This document shows, piece by piece, positions 1-28,241 of a stretch of 64,000 nt of DNA. Made by a program: the position numbers and the translations under genes. Source of the stretch: the human T2T-CHM13v2.0 reference genome, Homo sapiens; NCBI RefSeq assembly GCF_009914755.1, contig NC_060930.1, one strand, 5' to 3'. Under the pieces are notes generated by a model, which had not been told where the DNA came from, searched no databases, and saw only the letters and a list, made by a program, of their open reading frames with translations. Numbering within the stretch: the first letter of the stretch is position 1; every line of letters begins with the position of its first letter.

Positions 1-1687
1 GGAATACTTTGAACACTGTTCACACAACCGAACACAGATGAGTTTGGAAAGATCCTCTGGGCTTTTGCTCAGCCTAATTAACACTCATTTTCCTTACTCT
101 TCTATATTATATTTTGCATTTAATTTCATTAGTAATTTGTAATATACCACACAATATCTCACTTATCTAGAACTTCCTTTTCTGATGACTTCAAGTATCT
201 AAAATGTAACAAAAAAATTAAGTTAAACAGTGTCTTCTGAATAACCGACATAGATGCCACAAAATTACTTTTACTCTAGAAATAATCTTAACAAGTTGGG
301 TTATCTGATTTCTGGAACTATAATGAGAAGGCTGCTACTGAGGCAAGTCCAACAGTCCCAAGAAGTGATAGCTGACAGAGAAGGAGGATGTAGAAAAAAC
401 ATTAAACTATAAAAAAACCCAGGTATATAGGTACTATAAAATTTTAGTAGTTTGGAGCTACTGAGTTTGGGCAAGTAGCTTTGTGAGCCGTATTAGCCTG
501 TGAAATCATAGCAATATATGTTATGTTTATAATGATGACTGAGCAATCAATATAAAATCATGATCAGTATGAGTTTTGAAAGGCATTACATGATAGAAAA
601 GTTTTCATGAAAATGGCTTGACATTTTATTAAAGTCTTGTTTAAAATAAGAGAAACATCAGTGGTCAATGGAATTGACTTGTTTTTAGGCTCAAATGAAA
701 TTCTAGCCTCAAAAATTGAGGAAAAAATGTTACCGCAATATTTTGGTCATTCTTCAGGGTAAAAATATCTGAGTATTTTGAAGACTAATGTGTGTTATTG
801 AAAGTTTGAAAGTTGTCGAATAGCTGCACCCAATTTATGCATACATACAGTGCTGTGAGATAGGCACAGTAAGTCTGGTATAATGAAAAAAGTTCAGGAT
901 GCAAAATAAAATACCTTAGTTGTCTAATCATAGTGGACTGCCCTGTAGAGAGCAAATGTTGACCAAATATAATGTGCTGATCATTGTAATTGGTATTGTT
1001 AATTGCAAAAGTTACCTAAGACAATCAATAGTTGCATATAATAAATTAGTTGCATTCTGTTTTACTTTATGTTTGTGAAAGACAAACTGGAATTTCCTAA
1101 GAGGAGAGATCAGCAATCATGTGGTCCTGTAGAACTAAGGTGATTGTGTGTGCTGGTGCAAATTTTGTTCTCTGAAACTAGACATCCTCCCTTCCCCAAT
1201 ATTATGTTACTCCTAAACTTCAGCTTACCAGAGTTTGTGGTATAGCTCACAACACAACATATTTCTAAGAACAGTCCATTATGGAGCCTACCTCTTCTCA
1301 GCTAGCTAAGCAATCCGGGGATCTTCAGAGCAATCTAATACCCAGAGTACTAGGGGCTTCTGGAAGGTAAGGAAGAGAGACCTCTTTCTGATACCTGTGT
1401 GTTTCCTTGACCAGCCCTTCCTCTCCTATTAATTGATAGGAGTCAAAACTCTGCAATTTTGGCTTTACTTAGAATTTAAACTACTGCTACTAACCTAGAC
1501 TCCAGATCACAAAACAATATAAATTTCAGGAAATAGAAGAAAATAATTTACTAGTATACCCTAGAGAGAGATCTAGGAGGACATAGGACTTTTTTTCTCC
1601 TTAAGCCTACTTTAAATGGATGAGTTGTTAGAAAAATTTGCAGCTAACAATCTTAGAAGACAGAACTTTTAAATTAAAAAATTTTTT

Positions 1688-4940
<3,253 letters not shown>

Positions 4941-5426
4941 TAAAAAAAATTTTTTTCCTCTGCAATACCTGCAAAAATGCAGTTTCTTCTACTTTTTTGT
5001 TTTAAAAATCAGGACTGACTTAATGCCAACGATCTGCTGCCAAACAAAAGTACCACTTTATCAAGCAATTACCTAAAAATAAAACTGTTATTTTTGAGAC
5101 AGAACTGAGTTTAGTACTCTGCCACTGTACTTGGACCATTTACTTTTAGAGGCATTCTTCATGGTCTGGGGAAATAAGTGACACTGTACCCAACAAATGT
5201 GCAGTTGTGTCACTTTATGTAGACTGGTACGTGACTGATGTGGCTCCATGAACAGATGTCCTGGAGCCACATCATGGCTATGTGTGGGCAGTCATTGGCT
5301 CACATACAGTAGCATCTCTCTCATGCACATACCCCCAAATTAAAGTTTGGTTTTTGGTGGAAACTAGTATATCATAATGCCACTGTGTTTAGGAGACAGT
5401 ATTTAAAAATTGCTGCTATATGAGGT

Positions 5427-5445
5427 TGGCGCCTCCTAGTGGCCA
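5427..5445 (-). promoter_or_regulatory. CTCF core motif
   Basis: Minus strand TGGCCACTAGGAGGCGCCA closely matches the consensus TGGCCACCAGGGGGCGCTA. Confidence 0.7.
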
Positions 5446-5479
5446 GGAATGGTAAGAAACAAAGCTTCCAAGCTAGACT

Positions 5480-5950
5480 TGGACCAGCTTTTGGAAGGAC
5501 TTCGAATGGTATGCTAGAGTACTTGGACTTTAACCTTTAGATTACTAGGAATTGATGCAGGTTTTACGTCAGGTAAATGTGAACAAATGGGAATTTTGAG
5601 AAGGAAACCTTCTGGAAGCACTATTTAGGCTGTACTGGGGTGGTTTGAGTGGGGATTAGACGCAAAAGAGCCCAATACAGAGACTGCTGGAGCAGCCGTG
5701 GTAAGGAAAAGGCAGAGAGAAAGGCAAGAGAGGACACCTTGTGAGATATTTAGAGAGCTGAATGTTTACTATACTTAGTGGCCTTTGAATACAGGAGAGA
5801 AGAGTTGAGGGTGTTCTGTTCCCTGAACTTCTGGTTTGGGAGACTGGGTAGATGGTGAGAACACTGACCAAGACAGAAAGATTAGGCTTGGGGAAAAAGA
5901 TAATGAGTTCATTCTTAGACATGTATGTTAAAAAGTGTTGTAGGATACTT
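5480..5950 (-). mobile_element. Probable degenerate L2 fragment
   Basis: L2-like phrases (gagttcattcttagacatg, tttgggagactgggtagatggtg); boundaries approximate. Confidence 0.45.
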
Positions 5951-6094
5951 ATCAATAACATTGACAATACCCTTAATAATGACAAGAAAGTTAAATAAAA
6001 AACGTGGTTCTATAGTGAACTAACCTATTAATTAACAACATAACCAGTAAGTCATATAACTATATTTTGTTCTGAACTCAAATAGCATCTACAC

Positions 6095-7166
<1,072 letters not shown>

Positions 7167-8440
7167 TAAACAAAATGTTCCTTTTAATTTATCTCTAAAT
7201 CTTAATTTTTTTCCCTAAGAGACAGGTTTTCTAAAAATCTGGTCCTAAATTTACATCTGAAATATTACATGCATGGTCACAACTGCATTTCCTGTTTTTC
7301 AATACAGTGCCAAAATCCACGTGATCCAAAATACGGATGATTTAAAAAATAACTCCGACTTTCCTTGGGACACATTTATAAGACTTTTCAGACCATTGTG
7401 GGTTCTGGTTTACAGATACCGCTACAAATTATAAAAGTAGTTAACTTACCCCAAAGATGTTTCATACACTGAAAAAGAAAGATGAACCACAAGGATGTTG
7501 GGTGTCTGGAGATGAATTTAGTATCAAAGGGTGGTTTAACACCAGAGAAAATGATCACTAAGAGGTGACTGTCTCCCTTTATCTTTATTGCAAGGGGACC
7601 GCTCCAGGCCCTGCCGCTTTGTGGGGCTACTGTTTGCAGGCCTGGGTGCTGTTCTAGGCTACAGTCTCTTGTAGTCATAGGCTTTTGCTAAAAATTTTCA
7701 CCCTCCTCCAGCCCTGATGGTTGCAACCTGCACCACACTACTGTGTTCACTCTCAATATTCTTATGTTCAATATCATCTTCCATCTCAGTCTAATCCATT
7801 ACTAAATATTTTTTCTTTAAAAAAGTCATCGTCAATTCACAAAGTATGTTTGTTAATATTTTTGATCTCCAAGTAGAAACACTTTAAATTTTATCATTGG
7901 CCAAAAGCATCCATCAGCATCTTTATGTTCTTAGAAAGTGTCACTGGATATTGGAAACTGCGTAAGGAGTCTCCAAGAAATGGAGTTTAATCTCTGCGAT
8001 GGATGCTTCTCATGCCATGCCAGCCCATTTCCCAGCTGGAGCACCCATCCTCCAGTGTGGTCAGGGGACTCCTAAGGATGCCAGAGAACCTTTCAGAACG
8101 TCCATGTCAAAACTGTCTTCACAGTAATACTAAGACACTCACTTTCCCACAAGTGTGCTCACAACAGAATTTTCCAATAACTACCTGACATGGGCTATTG
8201 TAACATGTTGAATGCAGAAGCAGATATGAGAATGCAGCTGTCTTCTGTTAAGTCTAAAATTAAAGAGATTTGCAAAAATGGCAAAACGGGACCACTTTTT
8301 TAAGTTTCTAAGATTTCACCTATATGTGAAATCTAAAAAAGTCACACTCATAGAAGCAAAGAGTAGTATTTTTCATAAAATATTTTATTTATGTTAATAT
8401 ATAGTGGTTTTAATATTTATATTTTTACTTTTACTACATT

Positions 8441-8734
8441 ATTTTGAGACAGAGTCTCACTTTGTTGCCCAGGCTGGAGTGCAGTCACATGATTCGGCTC
8501 ACTGCAACCTCTGCCTGCCAGGTTCAAGTGATTCTCCTGCCCCAGCCCCAAGTAGCTGACATTATAGCATGATAAACATGCCGCCATGCCAGGCTAATTT
8601 TTGTATTTTTAGTAGAGATGGGATTTCACCATGTTGCCCAGGTTGGTCTTGGACTCCTGACCTCAAGTGATCTGCCCACCTCAGTCTCCCAAAGTGCTGG
8701 GATTGAATACAGGCATGAGCCACTGCGTTCGGCC
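8441..8734 (-). mobile_element. AluS
   Basis: Reverse Alu dimer; TSD ttttactacatta on both sides. Confidence 0.92.
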
Positions 8735-8745
8735 ACTTTTACTAC

Positions 8746-8793
8746 ATTACTTTTAATAGCAAAACCAGCAATTACTTTTGCACCAATCTAATA
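8746..8793. mobile_element. MADE1 (Hsmar1 MITE) partial
   Basis: attacttttaatagcaaaaccagcaattacttttgcaccaatctaata matches the MADE1 terminal inverted repeat. Confidence 0.75.
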
Positions 8794-9193
8794 CATAAAT
8801 AAAAATTAAACAAATGTAAAAGAATTTCAGTTTTATTTTCTAACACAGTAAATATTGACAGACATAACCCACCTACATAAAAGCTTTTGGAGGAGCCTCA
8901 ATAGATTTTAAGAGTGTAAAGGGGTCCTGACACTAAACAGTTTGAAAACTCTGCTCTGTGAATCAATTATAGAAAACTTTTATGTTTCAAAATTGAATGT
9001 GTATGCGATGAGTGGAAATTAATTCACAGAATTAAATTAACGTGAGAGTTTAGCTAAGGTTAACCACTATATCACTAAATCACAAAACATCACTCCCTCA
9101 TATGTCTCATTACAGATGACATCTGGATGATGTATCCAGAGATGAAATCTGCTGTCAACCAGGCTATGAGAAACAAATTTCCTTAAAACGCAA

Positions 9194-9288
9194 GGTGCAG
9201 CAGACTAACATGGCACATGTATACATATGTAACAAACCTGCACGTTGTGCACATGTACCCTAAAACTTAAAGTATAATTAAAAAAAGA
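9194..9288 (+). mobile_element. Very short L1PA 3' end
   Basis: gtgcagc...atgtaccctaaaacttaaagtataat followed by A-tail. Confidence 0.9.
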
Positions 9289-9997
9289 AATATCCTAAGA
9301 AAACAACACATATCATCTTATGGGTTAGTTTGTATGTAGACAAGACTATTATCTGTTTTGTCCAAAGTTATGACAATGTCTTGTAGCTTGTCTTCTCATC
9401 AAGAGCTCAATTTTATTATTATGTGATTATTTGATCTGTAAGAATTTGTGCCTAGGAAAAATTCAAATTGATTTATAAACTTAAAGACGTATATTAATAT
9501 GTTTTAAAATAATTTCTTTATCTTTTAACATAAACCAACAAATTTATTTCCCCTCAAAAAATAAAAATAAAACTAAATGATTTTTCTAACCAGAAAAAAA
9601 AAACCCAAGAGGATTAACAAAAAACAAAATATTTTAAATAGAACAAACAAGACATTTTGCTTCAAAAATATAGGTCAATGTGACTCTTCAACTAATATAC
9701 GCACTTATTTTGATTTCCAACAAGTGCTTCTACACAAACCACATGTAATCACTGCTGCAAGACCATGCCTTTTTCCATCAACAAAATTGTGGGCATCTTT
9801 TGTTAAAGATGTCTATTTAAGGGTCAGAAAGAAGTCTTTGCACAAATTTATCTTTCGGTGCATCGAGTTCTCATTTCTTTGTACATGTCCCCACCTTTCC
9901 CCTTCTTCTGAACCTCAGTACTCCTTCCAAAGTCTCGAGTCTATCCTTTTTTAAAAAAGTGCAGTAAATAACATAAAAGAGAACAAAGGAGAGACAA

Positions 9998-10041
9998 TTT
10001 TTTTTTTGAGATGGAGTCTTGCTCTGTCACCGAGGCTGGAG
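9998..10041 (-). mobile_element. Extremely 5'-truncated Alu (about 33 nt plus tail)
   Basis: T-tract then gagatggagtcttgctctgtcaccgaggctggag; gagacaa repeated on both flanks. Confidence 0.8.
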
Positions 10042-10176
10042 AAGGGAGACAAATACTGAGAGAACCACCTTTACAATCATTACAACATACATGAAATGAT
10101 TCAAATCTTCAAGATGGGGTGTCAATTAGTGTAAGCTCTTCTATTATACTATACACAGCTATCAAAACTCTAATAA

Positions 10177-10624
10177 AGGAGAACTACCAAATGATCTAGT
10201 TGTCTTGCTTCTGGATATATATGCAAAGGATTTGAAATCAGTGTTGAAGAGATATCAGTACTCCTATGTTCACTGGAGCACTATTCACAATAGCCAAGAC
10301 ATGGAATCAAACTAACTGTCCATCAGTGAATAAACAGACACAGAAAATATGGTGTGTATGTATACACAGTGGAATACTATTTAGTCTTAAAAAGAAGGAT
10401 ATTCTGTCATTTGAGACAACATGGTTGAACCTGGAAGACAATATGTTAACTGAAATACACTAGGCACAGAAATAAAAATTCTGAATCATCTCACCTATAT
10501 GTGAAATCTAAAAAGGTCAAACTCATAGAAGCAGAGAGTAGAATGGTGACTACCGGGCCTGGGTGGGGCGGGAGGTGAGGATGGGGAGATGTTGGTCAAA
10601 GGGTACAAAGTTTCAATTACAGGG
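10177..10624 (+). mobile_element. L1MA-type 3' end; continues at 15458-15510 after the nested L1PA
   Basis: Old L1 3'UTR (actcatagaagcagagagtagaatgg ... tgcacagcatggtaactatagttaataac) split by the younger element. Confidence 0.8.
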
Positions 10625-10635
10625 GAAAAATAAGT

Positions 10636-15444
<4,809 letters not shown>

Positions 15445-15574
15445 AAAATAAGTTTTTGAGGTCAATTGCACAGCATGGTAACTATAGTTAATAACAATTT
15501 ATTGCAAAATTCTACGTTGCTGTGTTTCTTTGTTTTTAATTAACTTTTTAAATAGACAATAATTGTAGATATCA

Positions 15575-21872
<6,298 letters not shown>

Positions 21873-22119
21873 GTTCACCATAAAAATACATATACATTTT
21901 GAAATATGGAATTTCAACTCATTTGGCAGCAGTTACAGAGACCCAAGTTTAATGAAGGCTTGTTAAAGTTGCTCTTTTTCCTTGTTTTTAATTTTTTATA
22001 AAATAATCAAAACTCTATTGGCATGAACAGCATTTTAAAATCTTCAGTATTTTGTCTGCTGTGTGTGTCATTTGAAACAGACCTTTTTCCCAAACATAAT
22101 CAAAGAGAGAAACGTTATG

Positions 22120-23520
22120 TTTGCATTTCTTTGTTCAAGGTGTTTATTGCATCTCAGAGGGCGTACATGCACTGGGTTTTTAAACTGAAATACAAAGAAA
22201 GCCATTTTGAAATTGGTTTTAGGTAATTTTTCCCCATTACAGTGTATGTTATCCCCACAGTAAATTCAGATACAACCACTTTTAAATGGTACCATACATC
22301 TATTAAATAATTTGAAAAATAGGCAAACACCTTTCCAACCCAATATGCTTTTATGAAGAGCTGCCAAGCTACTAGCAACACTGATCAACAGTGACCTCAT
22401 TTATGCATCAAAATCTTAAGCCAAGCCATCAGCACAGACAGTATGACAACAAATTAAAACTTAAAGAATACAGTATGTACAGTAAAAGATACAATTCTCT
22501 GAATTAGTTTAAATCCTAATCACAATGTTACAACAAAACCTACTTTGAGCTCAGTTGAAGGATGGAAGAACACTAGTCTACAAAACACACAAAGAAACAC
22601 TAAATTAACAGATGTACTAAAAACCCACAGTAAAGTAAAGATATTTGCAGTAATCTTTAAATTACAGATATACCTTGGGGTGCCTTCAGAATCACTTGAA
22701 TAGCACCTCTCTAACCGCATTTTCATGAACATGACACAAACAGACCCTTTACTTTTCAGTGCATTTAATCAAGAATGAATAAATAGGTCAATTTAGATGC
22801 AAAACCTGTCAAATATAATTAAAATATATATATTTTAATATAGCAGTGATAAATAGGGGATTCTTCCCATACGATTTTTCGTTCTTGATAAGGTAGCTTC
22901 AAAGAGAAGTATTTATTATGGACGTTAACCTTTATATTTTTTAAAATAAAATTTCTTAACATATACAGTGCCACAAAAATAAACATTTCTCACAACAGTT
23001 GAAGTTCCTGTGATTGGAAAAATGTACTCCACACTGAAAAAGTTTTGTATATTTATGAGTGTTTTCCTTATTATCTGGTATTATCACACTACGCTTGTAA
23101 CAGAGATACAGAAGAAAAGATAATTTATGGGAAGAGTTTGGGGTTTGTTCAAAAGTTATATGTACATTGAAACCTTCAAAAACACAGACGTCTTTCCAAA
23201 TAGCTCGCCACACAACAGCTGCATCATCTGTCCTCAGGTGAAGTCCAAAAAAGCACTAACGGCATCAGTAACATCCATTCATTGTTTACATCGTACAATA
23301 CACAAATAATCCAAATACACTACAATTTCAAGAGTAGGGATAACAGCTAAGGTAGTACATATTCCTAATGTTCACTTTCACGGCTGTGTTACACATTTTG
23401 GAAGAGAAGTTATGAGTAAGTATTGGGTTTGGTACTGGTGGCTCCCTTTGAAACTCAGCATCAATCTTATTTGAAGTCTCCAAACTCATTTATTTTCCTA
23501 TTCAGTCACAAATATTGCAG
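22120..23520 (-). other. SNAP91: SNAP91 terminal non-coding exon (3'UTR)
   Basis: Acceptor ttttctttacag|CTGCAA at 23521/23520; AATAAA at 22143-22148 followed by U-rich sequence; repeat-free AU-rich region; 3' end estimated. Confidence 0.85.
22143..22148 (-). terminator. SNAP91: Polyadenylation signal AATAAA
   Basis: Plus strand tttatt; downstream minus-strand gtttctctctttgattatgtttgg is U/GU-rich. Confidence 0.75.
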
Positions 23521-24127
23521 CTGTAAAGAAAACAAAAACTAGAATTAGAAAACAAGATTATTACATAGTCCTCAAACATTTTACCTCCCTTGCAATTTTA
23601 CTTCATAGTTTCTGAAAACAACTTTTACATAAAAAGGTCTCTGCATGGACAAATTCAAATTTACATACTTTTCATAGCTCTTTAAAACAAGCTTAAAATT
23701 TTTAAAGTTTAGCCAGATATTAAAAAAAAACTTTTGATGTATAGTTTCATTTTAGATAATAATTATATCAACAAAAATTTGAATTTAGATACATATTAGA
23801 AATTTTAGTAGCAGGACATTCGGTATAGCATTCAGTATCTAAGAGCAGTCAACCTTTAAAAAGGGCAGCTAAAGAAAAAGGGGGCATGGCAATGACCTTA
23901 CATTATTTTTTCATGTATTCAGTTATGGTGTTCAATGAGTCACTTACTAAACAGCTGAACCAGTGACAGAATAGAAGAGAACAGAGAGATCCCTGGCGAC
24001 CCGATGCCTTTCCTCAGCCACTTCCCACTCATCTCCCTGGCTAATTCATGCATCATTCATTTCTGCTGGAAACATTTGTGGGGTCTTAAGGCTTAGCCGC
24101 ATAGATAACTCTTCATAAAATAGTAAT

Positions 24128-24193
24128 TCTCTCTGTGTCTCTGTCTTTGTCTGTCTCTGTCTCTCTTTCTCTTTGTCTGTCTCTGTCTCTCTC
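24128..24193. repeat. (CT/CTGT)n microsatellite
   Basis: Seen directly. Confidence 0.85.
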
Positions 24194-24584
24194 AGGCAAG
24201 GACTGTCTCAAGCATATCTGTTTCCTGTACTTATCAAAGTTCCTGGCATATGATTAGGGCAACATTTACTAAGTAAGAGGTGAATACAGGCTGCTCTATG
24301 CAGTTTCCTTGGTCACTCCTGAAACTATTAAGTGTTCATTGTCTCACTTATGTCTACATTAGCCAATCCAAAGTGGAATAGAAAAGTTGGGCATAAGGAG
24401 AGTTTACTTGACTGAGATGTTAATACCTTAGAATAATGCATCATTAATCTTGTATAAGAAAAAAAAAAACAAATCAAGAATCCACAAAAATCTTAGTAGA
24501 CATTAGGGAAGGGTTTTAAGAAATATATGTAGCACAGCAGGTGCATACTGAAAACAACATTGGACAAGAGTCCAAAAACACTGA

Positions 24585-24745
24585 GCCTCTTACAATTCTT
24601 CCCTGTGGGACCCTGGGCAAATTCCTTAATGCCCAAGGATCAGTTCTTTTAGCTGTGAAATGGAGACAAAAAATATCTGGATAGTTTATCTCACATGACT
24701 GTTCTATTGAGAAGTGGATGTGAAAAGTACCGTGTAAATTATGTT
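24585..24745 (+). mobile_element. MIR fragment
   Basis: ccctgggcaaattccttaat...cagttcttttagctgtgaaatggaga resembles the MIR core. Confidence 0.6.
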
Positions 24746-25388
24746 CATCCATTCAGCAAGGATTTGTTGAGAACCTACCCACTGTGTTAGGTGCTGGGGT
24801 CAACAGTAAACATTTTTCCTTCATTCGTTTCCTTCCATAACTTCAGCATGAGTCATTTCATAAATTATATGAAATTTGTGAAATTTAAAACTAGAACATT
24901 AGAAATTTAAAACTCTGCTTGAATGCAGAAATGTAAAGGGTAATAATCTAAGCTTTATGAGGCAAAAGAAGGATAAACAAAATAAAAATACAATTATGCA
25001 GTCAAATATATTCTTAGATGATTTCTAAATGCAATAGTATAAATGTTAGCTTTCTATAAATTCAAGTCATCATGTAATAAAGTGGTAATTTTCTAATTTA
25101 CCAAGTAGCTTGGGCACCTTTTTGCTTTATTAAAGCTAATCGTTGTGCTTTCCAGGATAAGGACAATTTGGAGGTTACTTTCCCTCCTAGTTACATAAAT
25201 TAAGATTTAAAAAACTCTTAAAGATAGCTTTTAATATCAAATTTAAAAGTATAAACACTCAAATTATTACTATTATACACAGCTATTCAAAACGCAGAAA
25301 TAATGAGTACCTCTGAAATAGCTAAGCATTGTATAGCTCATTATTACAAGCCTACAGGAAAAGCTCAATATTAGATACCTTAAATTGT

Positions 25389-25481
25389 TTACAAGAAATC
25401 CTTGATGTTAAGATCCGCTAATGGGTCCTTTGCTGGAGGTTTCTTGGGACTCTGACTGGCAGGTGTAGGGCTTGGAGAAAG
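25389..25481 (-). CDS. SNAP91: AP180 last coding exon LSPSPTPASQSPKKPPAKDPLADLNIKDFL*; exon extends to 25379
   Basis: Acceptor cccattag|CTT; TAA at 25389-25391; donor AAG|gtatct at 25379/25378; recognisable AP180 C-terminus. Confidence 0.97.
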   Translation of the reverse strand, partial: LSPSPTPASQSPKKPPAKDPLADLNIKDFL

Positions 25482-25542
25482 CTAATGGGAAAAAGCCAGC
25501 CCCAAAGAGCAGGAATAGAAAGCAGAGAGAGAATGAGACATG

Positions 25543-25576
25543 GGGGGAAGAGGGGGCGGGGGGAGAGAGGGAGAGG

Positions 25577-25639
<63 letters not shown>
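25543..25639. repeat. G-rich plus (GA)n microsatellite
   Basis: About 29 perfect GA units from about 25581, preceded by G-runs. Confidence 0.95.
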
Positions 25640-25640
<1 letters not shown>

Positions 25641-26623
25641 CATTAGGCAGAACACATATCAAAGAAAACAAACCTGCAGAAGATTAGATGGTTAAAGGCT
25701 TATGAAATCTACTTGTTCTACATAGTCACAGAGTTGTGTTTAATTCTGGACTGGTAAAATATACTTCAACTGATATTTGGCTTTCTTGAACTTCTCTGAC
25801 ATCAGATTTAGCCAAAGTAAAATTTGGGGACTCCAGTAGAACAATATGGGTATGACTTAGGGAAGATGTGAAACACTAGTAACATAAAGATATTATGAAC
25901 AAACAGTAAAACAAACAAACAACCGTTTTCTCTATACAAAAGCATTTTTACTTTCAGTCATTAGTACCTCTAAACTAATAAATCTATTTAAATGGCTTTT
26001 CCTGTAGTGAGAGTGAATTTGAAGGAAAAATAGGAAACGGTTTGCAGAAAGCTATTTAAGAAATTACTTACACTTATTAGCTAAATATACTAGAATTTCA
26101 TATACATTATTTTAAGTGAAAATCAGTCAAGTTTGAGGGCACTGTTTGTTTCACATGACCAAATAGTTTCCTGGTAGTGAATGCCACTAAAATTCTAATG
26201 CAATCTATTCAGCTCTCAGAGAAGGCCAAAACTAATTATTAAATACTATAGGAAAGAATCATATTGGACTTGTTGCAAAAGTAACAAATAATTAACTTGC
26301 CTTGTTTCTGTTTAACCAGAATCTAAATTATTTTTTCATTGTGTCACAGATATAACTTCTGGGAGCTGACTTTTACAGGATACAAGGTCTTGAAAAATCT
26401 CATGTAGTTTATAGAGTAATAGTTGACATCTAGGCTTTGAGTCTAATTAATCTCCTATGCTTGTAGTAACATGCTGGGACTGTGGGGCAGTGATGTATAT
26501 TTTTATTAGTTCAGTGAACAGAGTTCCAGAAGTATGGATTTTGAGATTTGGTCCTATGTCCAGAAACTACTGACTAATTATATTATCTATCTGTCAAATT
26601 TCCATGTTTAAAACTGGGATATG

Positions 26624-26951
<328 letters not shown>

Positions 26952-28241
26952 AACCTGGGATCTGTTTCATAGAGAGAGATATATATATAAATAAAGTAAG
27001 GCTTGAACTTCCTTAAATCAATTCAAAGATTGGTCCATAATTGATAATTAGGTGAGATGACAATATCATGATACCAGCCAATGAAAGAATGCTGCGATAG
27101 TCCAGGCATCAGTAATAAAAAAACTACTTTGTTTTCTGAAGCTACAAACTCACATTTATTTTATTATCTAGTATAATTATGCTTCTTCTCTGATATAGGA
27201 AATATAATCTAAAAATTACATAAATATGGTGTATCATTACCTGGCTTATTATGAATTCAATTACTGATTGAAACAATGTATTCCCATCATACTATCTATT
27301 TTTCATTTTCATTCTTCTAATTAAGTAAATAAATTGTTGCTAACTTTGGTATTACACAATAAAAACAACTGCCTTAAGTAATAAAATTATATTTATTTAT
27401 TTCTGAAGCTTTCAGTATATCAAACACAATAAGGTTAAAAGAAATCTCAGTAACATTGTTCCAAGTGCATAATAACAGAAATATTTCTTTTTTTTCAAAA
27501 AGATGATAGTCATGGAACTATTCAAACATCAAGGAAATATTTATGATAAATGAGATCCCTTAGAATTTAAGTATATCTAAGTTATACCTAACCTCAACCA
27601 TTATACCCAAAACCTTCCTGACTGTCCCCAAAAACAACACTACACAGGGTTCACCAGTCTTCACATAGACTAGAAAATTTCTCCTGAAGCCAGTTATGGC
27701 CAGTAATGGCCATGAAGGCTAGGGCTTCTCACATTCTAAATTTCTGTCTTTCAACATCCACCATTCTTTCTCTTGGTCCCTGTTGCTTTTGAGGGGCAAA
27801 GTGAAGAAGCTGAAAGGAAATTTTGGGAACAGGTCAATGGATTTAGAGATGCATCAAGGAAGCAAAAGGGATTAAAGTATACTCAGAAAGTTCACAGCAG
27901 CAGGTATTCCATGGATAAGACAGTATAAATACTGATTTGATAAGTTAAAAATATTATAGGACTGAAAACATTTACTCATATCATTAAAATATATTTGAGC
28001 TATTTGCTCTAGTTTGTAAAGTATGCTGCTACCAAAGTAGTAATTTGGTGTCCTGCCCATCCAAGTCAATTTCTCATGATGAAAACTTCTTTGGTTCTAC
28101 ATGTAACATCACCTTGGCCAGACAATTTAAAAGAGGAATCAGGAAAGCATGATTCATCACTAAGACTAGCACCACTAGCAGCAAAACGGTTCAACAAAGT
28201 GTAACATATTTTGGCATTTTTGAAGGGTAAGTAGCACAGTG

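Larger units (their letters stand above)
8050..8957. mobile_element. hAT-Charlie-like DNA transposon remnant, interrupted by Alu and MADE1
   Basis: gaagcagatatgagaatgcagctgtcttct and terminal ggggtcctgacactaaacagtttgaaaactctg resemble Charlie-family sequence (from memory). Confidence 0.6.

Noticed and set aside
7450-7468. 19-nt AG...GT unit on minus strand (ttttcag|...|gtaagt)
   Set aside because: Intergenic, 15 kb past the poly(A) site, no partner exons; shows that microexon-like patterns occur by chance
9577-9954. 125-aa plus-strand ORF in unique DNA
   Set aside because: AT-rich, no recognisable domain or splice context
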